DNA of 64,000 bases from Candidatus Micrarchaeota archaeon. GTDB lineage: Archaea; Micrarchaeota; Micrarchaeia; Micrarchaeales; CABMGC01. The translations under genes and the position numbers were made by a program. Position 1 is the first letter of the stretch, and the number at the start of each line of letters is the position of its first letter. This document shows, in pieces, positions 37,822 to 46,802 of the stretch. The stretch is from NCBI GenBank assembly GCA_021850805.1, contig JAJZKO010000001.1:45885-109884 (forward strand), given 5' to 3'. The notes under the pieces are model-generated. The model saw only the letters and a program-made list of their open reading frames with translations, made no database searches and was not told the DNA's origin.

Positions 37822-40191
37822 CTACAATACCAGCTCATCGGTATTGCTCGTATCTACGAGTTTCACGTATGAGTAGGCTATCGCAGCCTTTATTATCTCG
37901 GCACTGCTGTCGTAAGACGAGTAAAGCTTCCCAAGGAACTCTTCCTTAGCTTCCTCATTGAGGAAAGCTATAATTGTCTTCTGCCTGCTGCTTACAGCGA
38001 AAGGCCTTATGTATGATTTTTCTGAATATATCACCACATTGTACTGCACACCTGACTTTATTATCACAATGTCGGCTTTGTCGCTCTGGTCGAGTTCAGT
38101 GAAGAGCATGGCCCCTGCCACGCAGAAGTCCCTCAGCTTCCTGAATACAACTAGATATTCAATATCGTGCCTTGACTTCTCTTCCCAAGATACAGGCGCG
38201 AAGTAATCGTCCATTCCGATGACAAGGCCTGCGCTCTGGAGGGACATAAGCACAGTATAGGCATTCTGCTGGGTTATCGATATCGGGACATTGTCGTGTC
38301 TTACCCCGTTGCTTATCCCATACCTGAATTCCTCAGGTGTAAGAGGCATATACTTCCAGCGGTATCTTGCGTTTACCGAATCGAAGACATTTACAAGAGT
38401 CTGTGGCTGCTCCTTTATCCTGGCCTTCTTGGATGCCGTGAAATCAGGTAGGTCTATGTAGTAGTCGTCAGGAAGCTCTGGTCTTATCATTAGGTTCAGG
38501 AACACTACAACTATTATTGCTATTCCGAATTCTATGTAAAGCGTATTTCCTCCTGAGGTTGGCGAGCTATACTGGCTTATGTAAGTATATGTCTTCCCCA
38601 TTACCTCAAATGCGAATGTCTGATTGCCATGGCTGAGTATGGTGCCCTTTGGAAGGTCGTATGTTATTGTGCCATTCCTTATAGTCCCGTTCTGCTCGAA
38701 GAGATTGTTTAGGGAAACGGAGTATGGTACATTGTTCAAGGTTATGTTGTTGCTCTGCGTGAAGAAGGAGAATGTGGCATTCTTGAAGTCTATTGCCACT
38801 GGCGTTATTGTCGTGTTGTCCAGATAGGTTATCCCTGTTGCGTAGAGGTTGTTGTTGCCGTCAAGGAGCTCAATGAAATAGTAGCCAGGTACGAAGTTGA
38901 ATGCCTGGTCGATGCTTACTGCAAATGGTTTGTTGAAATCACCCACAAGCCCCGTCGATATCGGATCCATGCTAGTATTCAGGAGAACAGCCCTGAATGT
39001 ATTGTATGTGCCTGTCAGGTTGTACACGCTCAGATCTATCGGTATCGTCTGTGTCTCGCCTACAGAGGAAGACATCCTTACTTCTCCGTTGAAAGAGAAA
39101 TTCATCCTGAAGGGGATATTAAGTTCTGCGTATGTGCCATTGTTGTAAAGTCGTGCGGTAAGAATTGCGTATGAATTGTTGAGTTCGGATGTGGTGTTGT
39201 TTCCCAAAGCCACCTGCTTTTGGCTTGTTACTATTAGGTCAAGCTTCCTGCTGTTGTTAAGTATTGTCAGGTTTGAGTAACCTACAGCTATCTGGTCCAG
39301 CCAGTATCTTGTGTCTATCACATTCGCAATGTCCATTGCCATAGAAGACTGATTTTTCCATGCGGTCGAAGGGTAGTTGCTGAATGCGATTAGCGTGCCG
39401 TTTAGGGAGTTTTGCGTTGCTATGTCTCCGTAGAAGTAGCCATCCTGAAAGCCGAAGAGCGGCGAGTTGAATATTATGCTGTTGATTGGCTGCGCAGATG
39501 CATTGACCGATGAGGTATTCAGCTTGGCTAAGAGTATATCTTTTGCGACGCTCTGGTTGTTTATTACAGCTATGCCCCCAAAGGTCACCGATTCGGTAAA
39601 GTTATTGCCCATATATATTATGCTGTCGCCCCTGGAGAGCATGTTGAGTATCGTAAAGTTATTGCTGGCTGTGCTTGGGGTAAGAGGAAGGGGAAGCAGC
39701 CCTGATGGTATTATAACGATGGAATTCTCTGGTATCTGCCTTACATCGTTTATGTTTATGTAGCTGAACATGCTTGAGTTGCGAAGCAGATCGTGCGCCC
39801 GCAGGTCTGCGCTTATCTGGGAGTAGAGCGTCTGCTCGTTGAAAAAGCATTTGTAGCAGTAATTCTCGATATTTATAAGGTATATGGACGGCTCCGGCGG
39901 CTTCGTATATTCTGCAAGAGTTATGTTTGCATTTGATGCGTTTGCGAATGAGTAGTTGATCAGTGCAAACCCGTCGATGTACTTTGCGTTGTTTGAGAAG
40001 GCATAGCCCCGCGAGGATATGCCAAGCGTAGGCAGGATGGTTATGTTGATGTTTGCCTTCTGCTGGTGAAAACTCTGTGATATCACATTAACTGTTGCAG
40101 ACAGATAGAATAGCATTACGGCTATGAAAATTACTGCTACAAGGGCAACTACAAGGATCAGCTTGTTGTTCTTCTTTTTTACGGCTGGCAT
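37822..40191 (-). CDS. large sequon-rich surface protein with a second TM and a cytoplasmic C-terminal domain
   Basis: 789 aa. N-terminal anchor KLILVVALVAVIFIAVMLFYL, then about 520 aa of N/S/T-rich ectodomain with more than 20 N-x-S/T sequons by eye. Then TM LYIEFGIAIIVVVFLNLMI and about 230 aa of soluble tail. No family recognised. Confidence 0.7.
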   Translation of the reverse strand: MPAVKKKNNKLILVVALVAVIFIAVMLFYLSATVNVISQSFHQQKANINITILPTLGISSRGYAFSNNAKYIDGFALINYSFANASNANITLAEYTKPPEPSIYLINIENYCYKCFFNEQTLYSQISADLRAHDLLRNSSMFSYININDVRQIPENSIVIIPSGLLPLPLTPSTASNNFTILNMLSRGDSIIYMGNNFTESVTFGGIAVINNQSVAKDILLAKLNTSSVNASAQPINSIIFNSPLFGFQDGYFYGDIATQNSLNGTLIAFSNYPSTAWKNQSSMAMDIANVIDTRYWLDQIAVGYSNLTILNNSRKLDLIVTSQKQVALGNNTTSELNNSYAILTARLYNNGTYAELNIPFRMNFSFNGEVRMSSSVGETQTIPIDLSVYNLTGTYNTFRAVLLNTSMDPISTGLVGDFNKPFAVSIDQAFNFVPGYYFIELLDGNNNLYATGITYLDNTTITPVAIDFKNATFSFFTQSNNITLNNVPYSVSLNNLFEQNGTIRNGTITYDLPKGTILSHGNQTFAFEVMGKTYTYISQYSSPTSGGNTLYIEFGIAIIVVVFLNLMIRPELPDDYYIDLPDFTASKKARIKEQPQTLVNVFDSVNARYRWKYMPLTPEEFRYGISNGVRHDNVPISITQQNAYTVLMSLQSAGLVIGMDDYFAPVSWEEKSRHDIEYLVVFRKLRDFCVAGAMLFTELDQSDKADIVIIKSGVQYNVVIYSEKSYIRPFAVSSRQKTIIAFLNEEAKEEFLGKLYSSYDSSAEIIKAAIAYSYVKLVDTSNTDELVL

Positions 40192-40201
40192 AATTTACAC
40201 T

Positions 40202-40363
40202 TCATGTTGCCCCTTTCTTTGAGAATTTCTTGTCTATCCAATTCTGCAGAGCACCGGATATTTTTTTGGATATGTCGTTCGTCTCCCCGGCCTTCTTTAT
40301 TATCCTGTATACCTTGACATACGCAAACTTCCTGTTTATCGTCACATAATATTTTCCAGGCAT
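40202..40363 (-). CDS. small basic ORF (53 aa), hypothetical
   Basis: Below the track cutoff. My translation is MPGKYYVTINRKFAYVKVYRIIKKAGETNDISKKISGALQNWIDKKFSKKGAT. It fills the gap between two operon genes on the same strand. Confidence 0.3.
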   Translation of the reverse strand: MPGKYYVTINRKFAYVKVYRIIKKAGETNDISKKISGALQNWIDKKFSKKGAT

Positions 40364-40370
40364 TTGCACT

Positions 40371-41105
40371 TCAACTCTTTAGCTCAAGGTACCCCATAGA
40401 GACCATCTTGTCCAGTATCTGCTCCACCCTTGATGGCGGAACCGTATATGCCTTTGAGAACTCGTTTATATCTATCGAACTGCCATGCACCTGTATCCAG
40501 TCCTGTATGGATGCCATTAGGGATTCGTCCGAGTATTTCTTGAGGCTGCTTAGCTGGTCCTTGAGCGCCTTGTTTTCCTCGTTTAGGGCTGCGCTCTGTA
40601 TTGTAAGGTTCCTGTTTGACGCGGAGAGCTCTATGTTCAGGCGCTTTATCTCCTTGTATTCGGATAGAAGCGCATCGTATTTGTTGAATATGGAACTATA
40701 GCTCTGCGAGAGAGAGGAAATCATGTTATCTATCACTGAATCAACATACTGGAAGAATGTTCCCTCCTGTATCTTAAAGTCGGAGTATATCATTGAAAGA
40801 AGCGAAGCCGTATTCTTTATCACAGTCGCCTTTCGCAGGTTCTCGCTGGTGTCCTGCGGGACTGAGAAGGTTATGCGCAGTTTGCCCTGCGATATCTTTA
40901 TGATATAGAATAGGTAAGGCTTCTTGTTTATGTTCCTGCTCTCGACATTGACTAGCGTTATCTCATTGCCGTCGAATGTTATTGAGTAGTATGGTATAGA
41001 CTTTATCTTTGGCAATATCGCATCTAGGCTTGTAGAAACAGTTCCGTCAAACTCAATCTCTTCCACGCGCGGTAGTGGAGGTGCTTCATCGGGCAAGTAT
41101 ACCAC
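40371..41105 (-). CDS. hypothetical protein (beta-rich N-domain, coiled coil, C-terminal wHTH-like end)
   Basis: 244 aa. Central coiled coil (LLSEYKEIKRLNIELSASNRNLTIQSAALNEENKALKDQLSSLKK). C-terminal VPPSRVEQILDKMVSMGYLELKS. Confidence 0.55.
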   Translation of the reverse strand: MVYLPDEAPPLPRVEEIEFDGTVSTSLDAILPKIKSIPYYSITFDGNEITLVNVESRNINKKPYLFYIIKISQGKLRITFSVPQDTSENLRKATVIKNTASLLSMIYSDFKIQEGTFFQYVDSVIDNMISSLSQSYSSIFNKYDALLSEYKEIKRLNIELSASNRNLTIQSAALNEENKALKDQLSSLKKYSDESLMASIQDWIQVHGSSIDINEFSKAYTVPPSRVEQILDKMVSMGYLELKS

Positions 41106-41123
41106 TATAACTTAACAATAGGT

Positions 41124-41549
41124 TTATTTATTATTTTGCAATTTGCCCCATTTCTGCGGCTTGGTGGATACTGACGCGCCAGTATCGATACCGTGCTGTA
41201 TTTCTAGCTCCAGGCGTGGTATGTAGCTCAGCAGTGAGAGGGCATAGAGGAAGACAAGTACGCCTATCGCAGCCAGGACTGACCCTACAGATGGGGTAGA
41301 GATTATAAGCAATATTGCGAAGATTAAGCCTATCCCTATATAGAGGCTGAGCCTTGAGGTGTATCTGCGCCTCTCCTTGGCGTATTTAGGATAGCATTCC
41401 TTGCACACCACCAGTTCATTGTTGCTTGCGTTCTTTGTTATGTTTGTCTTGAACCATCTTATTGCGAATATGACATGATCCTCGTGCACGGCTATGCCTT
41501 TCTTGGGCTTTCCGCATACAATGCACATCGATACTTTCTTGCCCTTCAT
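41124..41549 (-). CDS. zinc-ribbon membrane protein, hypothetical
   Basis: CIVCGKPKKG...CKECYPKY (CxxC...CxxC) followed by two TM helices. The start is moved to the internal ATG (MKGKKVSMCIVCG) to avoid overlap with the upstream gene. Confidence 0.55.
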   Translation of the reverse strand: MKGKKVSMCIVCGKPKKGIAVHEDHVIFAIRWFKTNITKNASNNELVVCKECYPKYAKERRRYTSRLSLYIGIGLIFAILLIISTPSVGSVLAAIGVLVFLYALSLLSYIPRLELEIQHGIDTGASVSTKPQKWGKLQNNK

Positions 41550-41553
41550 GTTC

Positions 41554-41853
41554 TCACATATCCACACTGAGTTCGACAACCTTGCCGAATGTCGATTTTA
41601 TTTTCTCTTCGTCCAGAGTATTGAATATGGAGGTTATCGATACGTCGTCTATTCCGATTCGCCTTAGGATATTTTCTATGTCCTTTCTCTTGGCGCCCGA
41701 TTTCTGGAGCATGCCTGCGAATGCAACGGCATTTACATGCCTGTGCATCCTGTTGAGTGAGGCGAATAAGGATTCAGCATTCTTCTCGCTGATGCCCGCT
41801 ACTGCCATTGCCCTCTTCAGGTTTATGCGCTTTATCGTGAATGTCGATGCCAA
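41554..41853 (-). CDS. hypothetical small helical protein
   Basis: 99 aa, basic and helical. Directly downstream of the VirB4-like ATPase gene. No family recognised. Confidence 0.5.
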   Translation of the reverse strand: MASTFTIKRINLKRAMAVAGISEKNAESLFASLNRMHRHVNAVAFAGMLQKSGAKRKDIENILRRIGIDDVSITSIFNTLDEEKIKSTFGKVVELSVDM

Positions 41854-41863
41854 CTAATGCCAC

Positions 41864-43366
41864 CTATTTTATTATAAGAGCCCTGCTTATTATTGTATCC
41901 GGGAGGCCTATGCTCCTCATGAATATCAGTATGGTCTCCTTGTTTACATTTTCTTTGAGGAAGATCTGCACGAGTGTGCGCATATCGACTATCCTATTCT
42001 TCGAGTCGAGCGCCGCGAATAACTTTGTGATGGTGTCTGAAGCTAGATTCATCTGGACGAACCTTGAGTTGAGGTCTATCTTCTCGAATGAGTAATCCCT
42101 CAGTATGCTCTTGTCGGCAAGCTCATTGTCATTGAGTATGTCGGCAACAGTCAGAGTATATACGTCAAGAGGTATCTCGCCGACTATCCTGTCTAGCACG
42201 AAGACGTTTGGGAATTGGACGGATGTCTGGAAGGACATGTCTATCGCAGCCTGGCCCACGCCGAACTTGCTTATCTCGGATCTCATGAAATTGGAGAAGT
42301 TGAGTGATCCCTGAAGATAGCTTATGAACTTCTCGAACCTTACACGCAGCATTATGGTAGTACCAACATTGGAGAATATCGTTTCATTGACATCGGTAGG
42401 GTTCTGCGATGCGACTATAAGCCCGAACTGGTATTTTCTCCCCTCCCTTATTATGGTTATGGCGTCGCTTCTTTCGTCGCTTGCTATCTTCCATGCCTCA
42501 TCAAGAACAACGAGCGCCTTTATGCCTTTTGATGCGCTCCATCCCTCTACGCGCATCTTCTCCTTCAGTGTCTGGAGTATGAAAAGGGCGGCCAATGCCC
42601 TGAACTTCTCGTCAGGAAGGCCTGAGAGGTCGAGGTCAACAAGACCTGAGCTCGAGAGCTTGCCTATGTCTATGGTGCTCTTTCTTGCGAAGTAGTCTTC
42701 ACCTTCCCTTGAGAACTGCCTTAGCCGGTATATGGCATTCTCAAGCTCCGCGGGATACTGGTATGTGCCCTCCTGAAGCTTCTCCTCAAGCAGTTTCGTC
42801 ACGTCCTTCAGCGTAGGAGCGTCCCTGTTTGGATCAGGAGTGGACGCCATGGCGAAGCCGAAATTCACATACGCCTGTTCTATAGCCTCTACAGTTAGCC
42901 TGCGCTGTTCTGGAAAGTCAGTTATGTCAGTAAGTATATCCAGGGCATTCGAGATCTGCTTCGCCCTGTCAAGTGGCTTCATGCCTGAGAGGTCGAGTAT
43001 GTTTATATAGTCCCCTTTGCCAAGGGATACCACCGTACCGCCGCTCTGCTTCACCCATCCCTTGTACTCCCCGGCCCAGTCTATGATTATCGCGTTGGTA
43101 TTCCATACGTAGCTGGCGCGCAGGAGGAATGTCTTCACAAAGAAGCTCTTACCCGATCCTGTTATCCCGACTACCGCTATATGAGGGTTCGTTACGTTTG
43201 CGTATGTCCAGGTGAACGGAACTCCGAATAGCTTGGTTATGCCTATGAATATCGAATCAGTAGGGTCATTCAGGAGGAACTCGTGCGGTGGTTCCGGAGG
43301 CCGGCTCAGGAATGCCCTCTTTGAGAGCTCATTTGACATCATATTCTGTATCTTCAGCAGCGTCAT
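41864..43366 (-). CDS. VirB4/TrbE/CedB-like ATPase (HerA-FtsK superfamily)
   Basis: 500 aa. Walker A VVGITGSGKSFF, IIIDWAGEY, Walker B ALVVLDEAWKIA, and REGRKYQFGLIVASQNPTDV. The DEAW plus (A/T)SQ-x-x-xD combination is typical of VirB4-type ATPases. Confidence 0.75.
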   Translation of the reverse strand: MTLLKIQNMMSNELSKRAFLSRPPEPPHEFLLNDPTDSIFIGITKLFGVPFTWTYANVTNPHIAVVGITGSGKSFFVKTFLLRASYVWNTNAIIIDWAGEYKGWVKQSGGTVVSLGKGDYINILDLSGMKPLDRAKQISNALDILTDITDFPEQRRLTVEAIEQAYVNFGFAMASTPDPNRDAPTLKDVTKLLEEKLQEGTYQYPAELENAIYRLRQFSREGEDYFARKSTIDIGKLSSSGLVDLDLSGLPDEKFRALAALFILQTLKEKMRVEGWSASKGIKALVVLDEAWKIASDERSDAITIIREGRKYQFGLIVASQNPTDVNETIFSNVGTTIMLRVRFEKFISYLQGSLNFSNFMRSEISKFGVGQAAIDMSFQTSVQFPNVFVLDRIVGEIPLDVYTLTVADILNDNELADKSILRDYSFEKIDLNSRFVQMNLASDTITKLFAALDSKNRIVDMRTLVQIFLKENVNKETILIFMRSIGLPDTIISRALIIK

Positions 43367-43404
43367 GCAGTCATGCCATTTTATTTATCATGTAACAAAT
43401 ATAA

Positions 43405-44238
43405 CTACTTCTGCTTCTGGAACATGGAATCGAAATCTTTTCCAGAAGGAAGGGAATAGTTCATTTTGTAGAGCATCTGCAGCTCCCTGCCCGATATCCT
43501 AGACATGCTAAGGTCGAATACATTCATAACCGTCTGGAGCTGGGCTATCTGGTTGCTCAGTAAATCGAGCGTCTCCTTCTCGCTTATCCCTACAGCAGTA
43601 GTCTCCACATACATGAGAGTGTTTATCGGCTTTTCCCCGTTCCCCAGGCGCTCTATTCGCATCTGGGTTATGTTTATCTTTCTCTGCAGCTCATTTATGG
43701 TCATAGTGCTTGGATTTGAGGAGTTCATCTCCCTTGCCAGCTGGAACTCTAGAAGACCACGCCTTGATTCTACTTCGTCCCTGTACGCCTGTATGTCTAG
43801 GGCTGTGCTTATTACATTGAATTTGAATGGGAAGTTTATGCTCATTATTGCTCTCTCCCACCTGTCCGTTGCGGTGGCAATCTCAGTCTCCTCGTTTGCA
43901 CCCTGATTCTGTGCGGTGAATACATACTTGTACAGATTTGCTGTTATGTAGCCTGTCGCGTAGTAAAGCCCATTTGTGTACTTGATTATGGCAGTCTCAT
44001 TCTTTGGTATTATGTAGCCTTTTCCGGGTATAACTGATATGCCGAATATTGTGGTGAAGAGAGGAAATGCTATGAAATCCGCATAGTTTATCATGAGTAT
44101 CGCAACTATTGCCAGTAGCGCGAATATAACCACAGGTACGACGAACGGGCCGAAGATGCTTGCGTTTGCATTTACAAGAACTAGGAACGCGACTAATATC
44201 GTAGTTGCAAGATACATCATTTCTTCCTGGTCTACCAT
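43405..44238 (-). CDS. membrane-anchored protein, paralog of 44250..45092
   Basis: 277 aa. N-terminal TM segments, then a soluble domain. Its C-terminal region aligns by eye with the neighbouring gene. Confidence 0.6.
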   Translation of the reverse strand: MVDQEEMMYLATTILVAFLVLVNANASIFGPFVVPVVIFALLAIVAILMINYADFIAFPLFTTIFGISVIPGKGYIIPKNETAIIKYTNGLYYATGYITANLYKYVFTAQNQGANEETEIATATDRWERAIMSINFPFKFNVISTALDIQAYRDEVESRRGLLEFQLAREMNSSNPSTMTINELQRKINITQMRIERLGNGEKPINTLMYVETTAVGISEKETLDLLSNQIAQLQTVMNVFDLSMSRISGRELQMLYKMNYSLPSGKDFDSMFQKQK

Positions 44239-44249
44239 ACAATCTCCAC

Positions 44250-45092
44250 CTACATGCCCTCTTCCATAGTCTTCTGCCTTATCCTCTCGCTTATCGTTGC
44301 CGTCGGTATCATATAATCAGGCTCTATAAGCGTGAGCAGCTCCGTTCCTGAGACTAGATCCGTGCTTATGCCCAGTATTGCGCTTATCCCTGATGCTATC
44401 TCCTCGGCATCCTGCACTGCAATGTTTACGGCCTCCTCTTCCGTGCCTCCGGATCCTGTTACCATGGCGTACGCAAGGAGTGCTTTTGACTGTGACCTAT
44501 TCACGTTGTCCAGTAGGTTTCGCCACATGGTAACTTCCCCTCTTATCCTCTCTGCCATGTTCCTCGGTGTTGTCTTGTCATTCTCGCTTGCCGTGTACTT
44601 TTCTTCTGCCTGGTTGAGCTTCATTGTTATCTTGTTTATGTACTCATCTTTGTTTATAACGTAAAGCTGCGAAGATATTTTTACCGGGGTTTTTGATATA
44701 GAGGCAATGCGCCCGAAAAGGGATGAGAACTCAACTTTCTCTTCGTTTGTCATCTCAGTTGCCGATCTGTAGACAGGTATCTTCACGAAGGCGCTCGCAT
44801 ATACTGTGGATCCGTCCCTTGATATTATTGCGTTGCCGGATGGCGCAAGGATGAAGGGGTCGTCGCTGTTCAGCACCACTGTTCTTCCCTTCATCTTGAA
44901 GAGTTTCATCATGAAATATGTGTAATACCTGGTTGAGAATGCCGCTATGTCGAGCAGCAGGGCAACCAGTGTGAGTGCGAACCTTATTGCAAAGCCAACA
45001 TTTACCTCGAGCGGTACGATTACCAAGACAAGTGATACCAGGAAAAAAGCCATGAATAATATGCTTTTGTTATCAAAAGGCAAGTGGACCAC
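44250..45092 (-). CDS. membrane-anchored protein, paralog of 43405..44238
   Basis: 280 aa. N-terminal TM hairpin (ILFMAFFLVSLVLVIVPL / FALTLVALLLDIAAF), then a soluble domain. First gene of the operon. Confidence 0.6.
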   Translation of the reverse strand: MVHLPFDNKSILFMAFFLVSLVLVIVPLEVNVGFAIRFALTLVALLLDIAAFSTRYYTYFMMKLFKMKGRTVVLNSDDPFILAPSGNAIISRDGSTVYASAFVKIPVYRSATEMTNEEKVEFSSLFGRIASISKTPVKISSQLYVINKDEYINKITMKLNQAEEKYTASENDKTTPRNMAERIRGEVTMWRNLLDNVNRSQSKALLAYAMVTGSGGTEEEAVNIAVQDAEEIASGISAILGISTDLVSGTELLTLIEPDYMIPTATISERIRQKTMEEGM

Positions 45093-45206
45093 TTTGTGTT
45101 TTGTTATATTCCTTACTCATTTAACAGCTTATAAATATTATGCTGGCATGCTTGGGAGGGCGTATTAGGCATTGTGTAATGTCTTGGTTAGTTATTTAAA
45201 TGAGAA
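45093..45206. promoter_or_regulatory. divergent intergenic region between the VirB4-like operon and the basic membrane protein gene
   Basis: 114 nt with AT-rich runs (cttataaatattatgc, gttatttaaatgag). Positional inference only. Confidence 0.3.
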
Positions 45207-46655
45207 ATGGGTATTATTATTGATATGATGCTGTATTTCGCGCTGCTTGCATACGCACTGCTCTCATTCGGTTACATACCGGCATTGATACCTATATTGG
45301 TAATTCTTGTTCTCCTTGTTGCGGCAGGAGCCACTATGAGAGGCTACAGCATATTCAATCTCTTTGGGATTGCGACCCTTGCCGGGATAGGGACAGGGTC
45401 AAAGGGATCTCTTAGGGGCAAGGGTGCATTTAGCGTGCTTATGGTATTCTTCCCGCAGAAGTTTACCGTAACTGGGGGTTTATGGAATCCTGGAAACACT
45501 TATAACAAGATGAGGGGTTTGAAGAATGGGAAGAATGCCGCCATAAAAGGGGCTATGGCAAGAGCGGGAGTTGCTACTGTAAGGCAGCCTAGCGCATATT
45601 CTAGAAAGAAGGCACAGTTCATGAATGTGTTCGGGGTTAGGCATGTAAGAGCAGCGGGAAAAGCTACTGGAAGGGCCACAGTAAATGCGAAGAATGTGCT
45701 TGCCGCTACAAAAGCAGGAAAGGCGGCCGGGTATGTAGGCAGCAAGGCTAAGGGCTTATCTGACAGATCAGGAGCGACAATGATAGGTAAGCATGTATTT
45801 AGAATGGGTACCGCCATTACGCCTGCGGGCTTGATATTTGCGAAGGTAAGAGGCAGGGGCGGCAAAGCAAATATGGTGAATAGACTTGCATCGCAGACAA
45901 AGGCACATGATGAGAGCATCAAGAGGCTGGAGCGCATAAGGGACCAGCTTCCAAAAGGCGATCCGTCCAGAAGGCACATAGAGAGTGCGATTTCAAGCAT
46001 AAAGAGCCTGAAGGAGACTGGGACGTATAGCCCGCAAATAGCAGAGAGAGTGAGCGCCATAGAGAAGGCGCATAACACGCGCACGGGAAATGTAGATTAC
46101 TTAAGGCACACTTGGACAGGGCATAAGTTTGATAAGATGCCTTCAGCGAGAGAGAATGGGGTTAAGAAGGGCACGACTATAAAGGTAAGGGTTCCGTTTA
46201 AGAGCGATAGGATTGACACTGGAATAACAAGGCCGGATGTGGCTCTAGACAGGAAGAGCTGGGTGCAGCGCAGAAGCGGCGAGGTATATGACAGGAGCAT
46301 AGCTAAGGATGCAGCAGCGGTTACAGTTTATGCAGAAGCACAGGCAAGGGAAAATCAGGTAGTCTCAAGGCTTAGGGCAGGTGGCATAAGTGAATCGCAG
46401 GCTAAGAAGGAGTTGGGCAGGATATACGATAATGTGAAAAAGGGAGTGCCTCTGGAAGGTGAGAATCTGTGGGGCAGGACAAAGAGGATTGTTTCCGATA
46501 CGGAGACTGTTAAAGGTGTAAGAGCAGCAGGCAGAGTGGTCAGATATGATATGGCAGCACCTGCAGCAAATAATATACCTGGAAGATTCAGGAGAAATTG
46601 GAAGACAGAGAATGATAGGGTGGAAGCCGCAAAAAGGAAGAAAGCTGGAAAATGA
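45207..46655 (+). CDS. membrane-anchored, highly basic (K/R/G/A-rich) protein, hypothetical
   Basis: 482 aa. 2-3 N-terminal TM helices, then a long K/R/G/A-rich low-complexity segment (RAAGKATGRATVNAKNVLAATKAGKAAGYVGSKAKG) and a basic C-terminal domain. Confidence 0.6.
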   Translation: MGIIIDMMLYFALLAYALLSFGYIPALIPILVILVLLVAAGATMRGYSIFNLFGIATLAGIGTGSKGSLRGKGAFSVLMVFFPQKFTVTGGLWNPGNTYNKMRGLKNGKNAAIKGAMARAGVATVRQPSAYSRKKAQFMNVFGVRHVRAAGKATGRATVNAKNVLAATKAGKAAGYVGSKAKGLSDRSGATMIGKHVFRMGTAITPAGLIFAKVRGRGGKANMVNRLASQTKAHDESIKRLERIRDQLPKGDPSRRHIESAISSIKSLKETGTYSPQIAERVSAIEKAHNTRTGNVDYLRHTWTGHKFDKMPSARENGVKKGTTIKVRVPFKSDRIDTGITRPDVALDRKSWVQRRSGEVYDRSIAKDAAAVTVYAEAQARENQVVSRLRAGGISESQAKKELGRIYDNVKKGVPLEGENLWGRTKRIVSDTETVKGVRAAGRVVRYDMAAPAANNIPGRFRRNWKTENDRVEAAKRKKAGK

Positions 46656-46802
46656 TACGGCAGTGACGCTGATACTAAAGAGAGTTTACGCGATAAATAG
46701 GATAGAGCAGATAGATTGAAGAAGAAACTGGATGGCGAAAGCAGTTAGAGTGCAATCTAGCGTACAAGAACTCAGATTTCAATGCCTTAGGAATGTGATT
46801 AG

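Noticed and set aside
46656-46802. Possible C/D-box sRNA (aatgatac ... gctga) in the intergenic region after the basic protein gene.
   Set aside because: The boxes deviate from the RUGAUGA/CUGA consensus, no C'/D' pair sits at proper spacing, and there is no terminal stem. A similar weak candidate at 34490-34560 was rejected for the same reasons.
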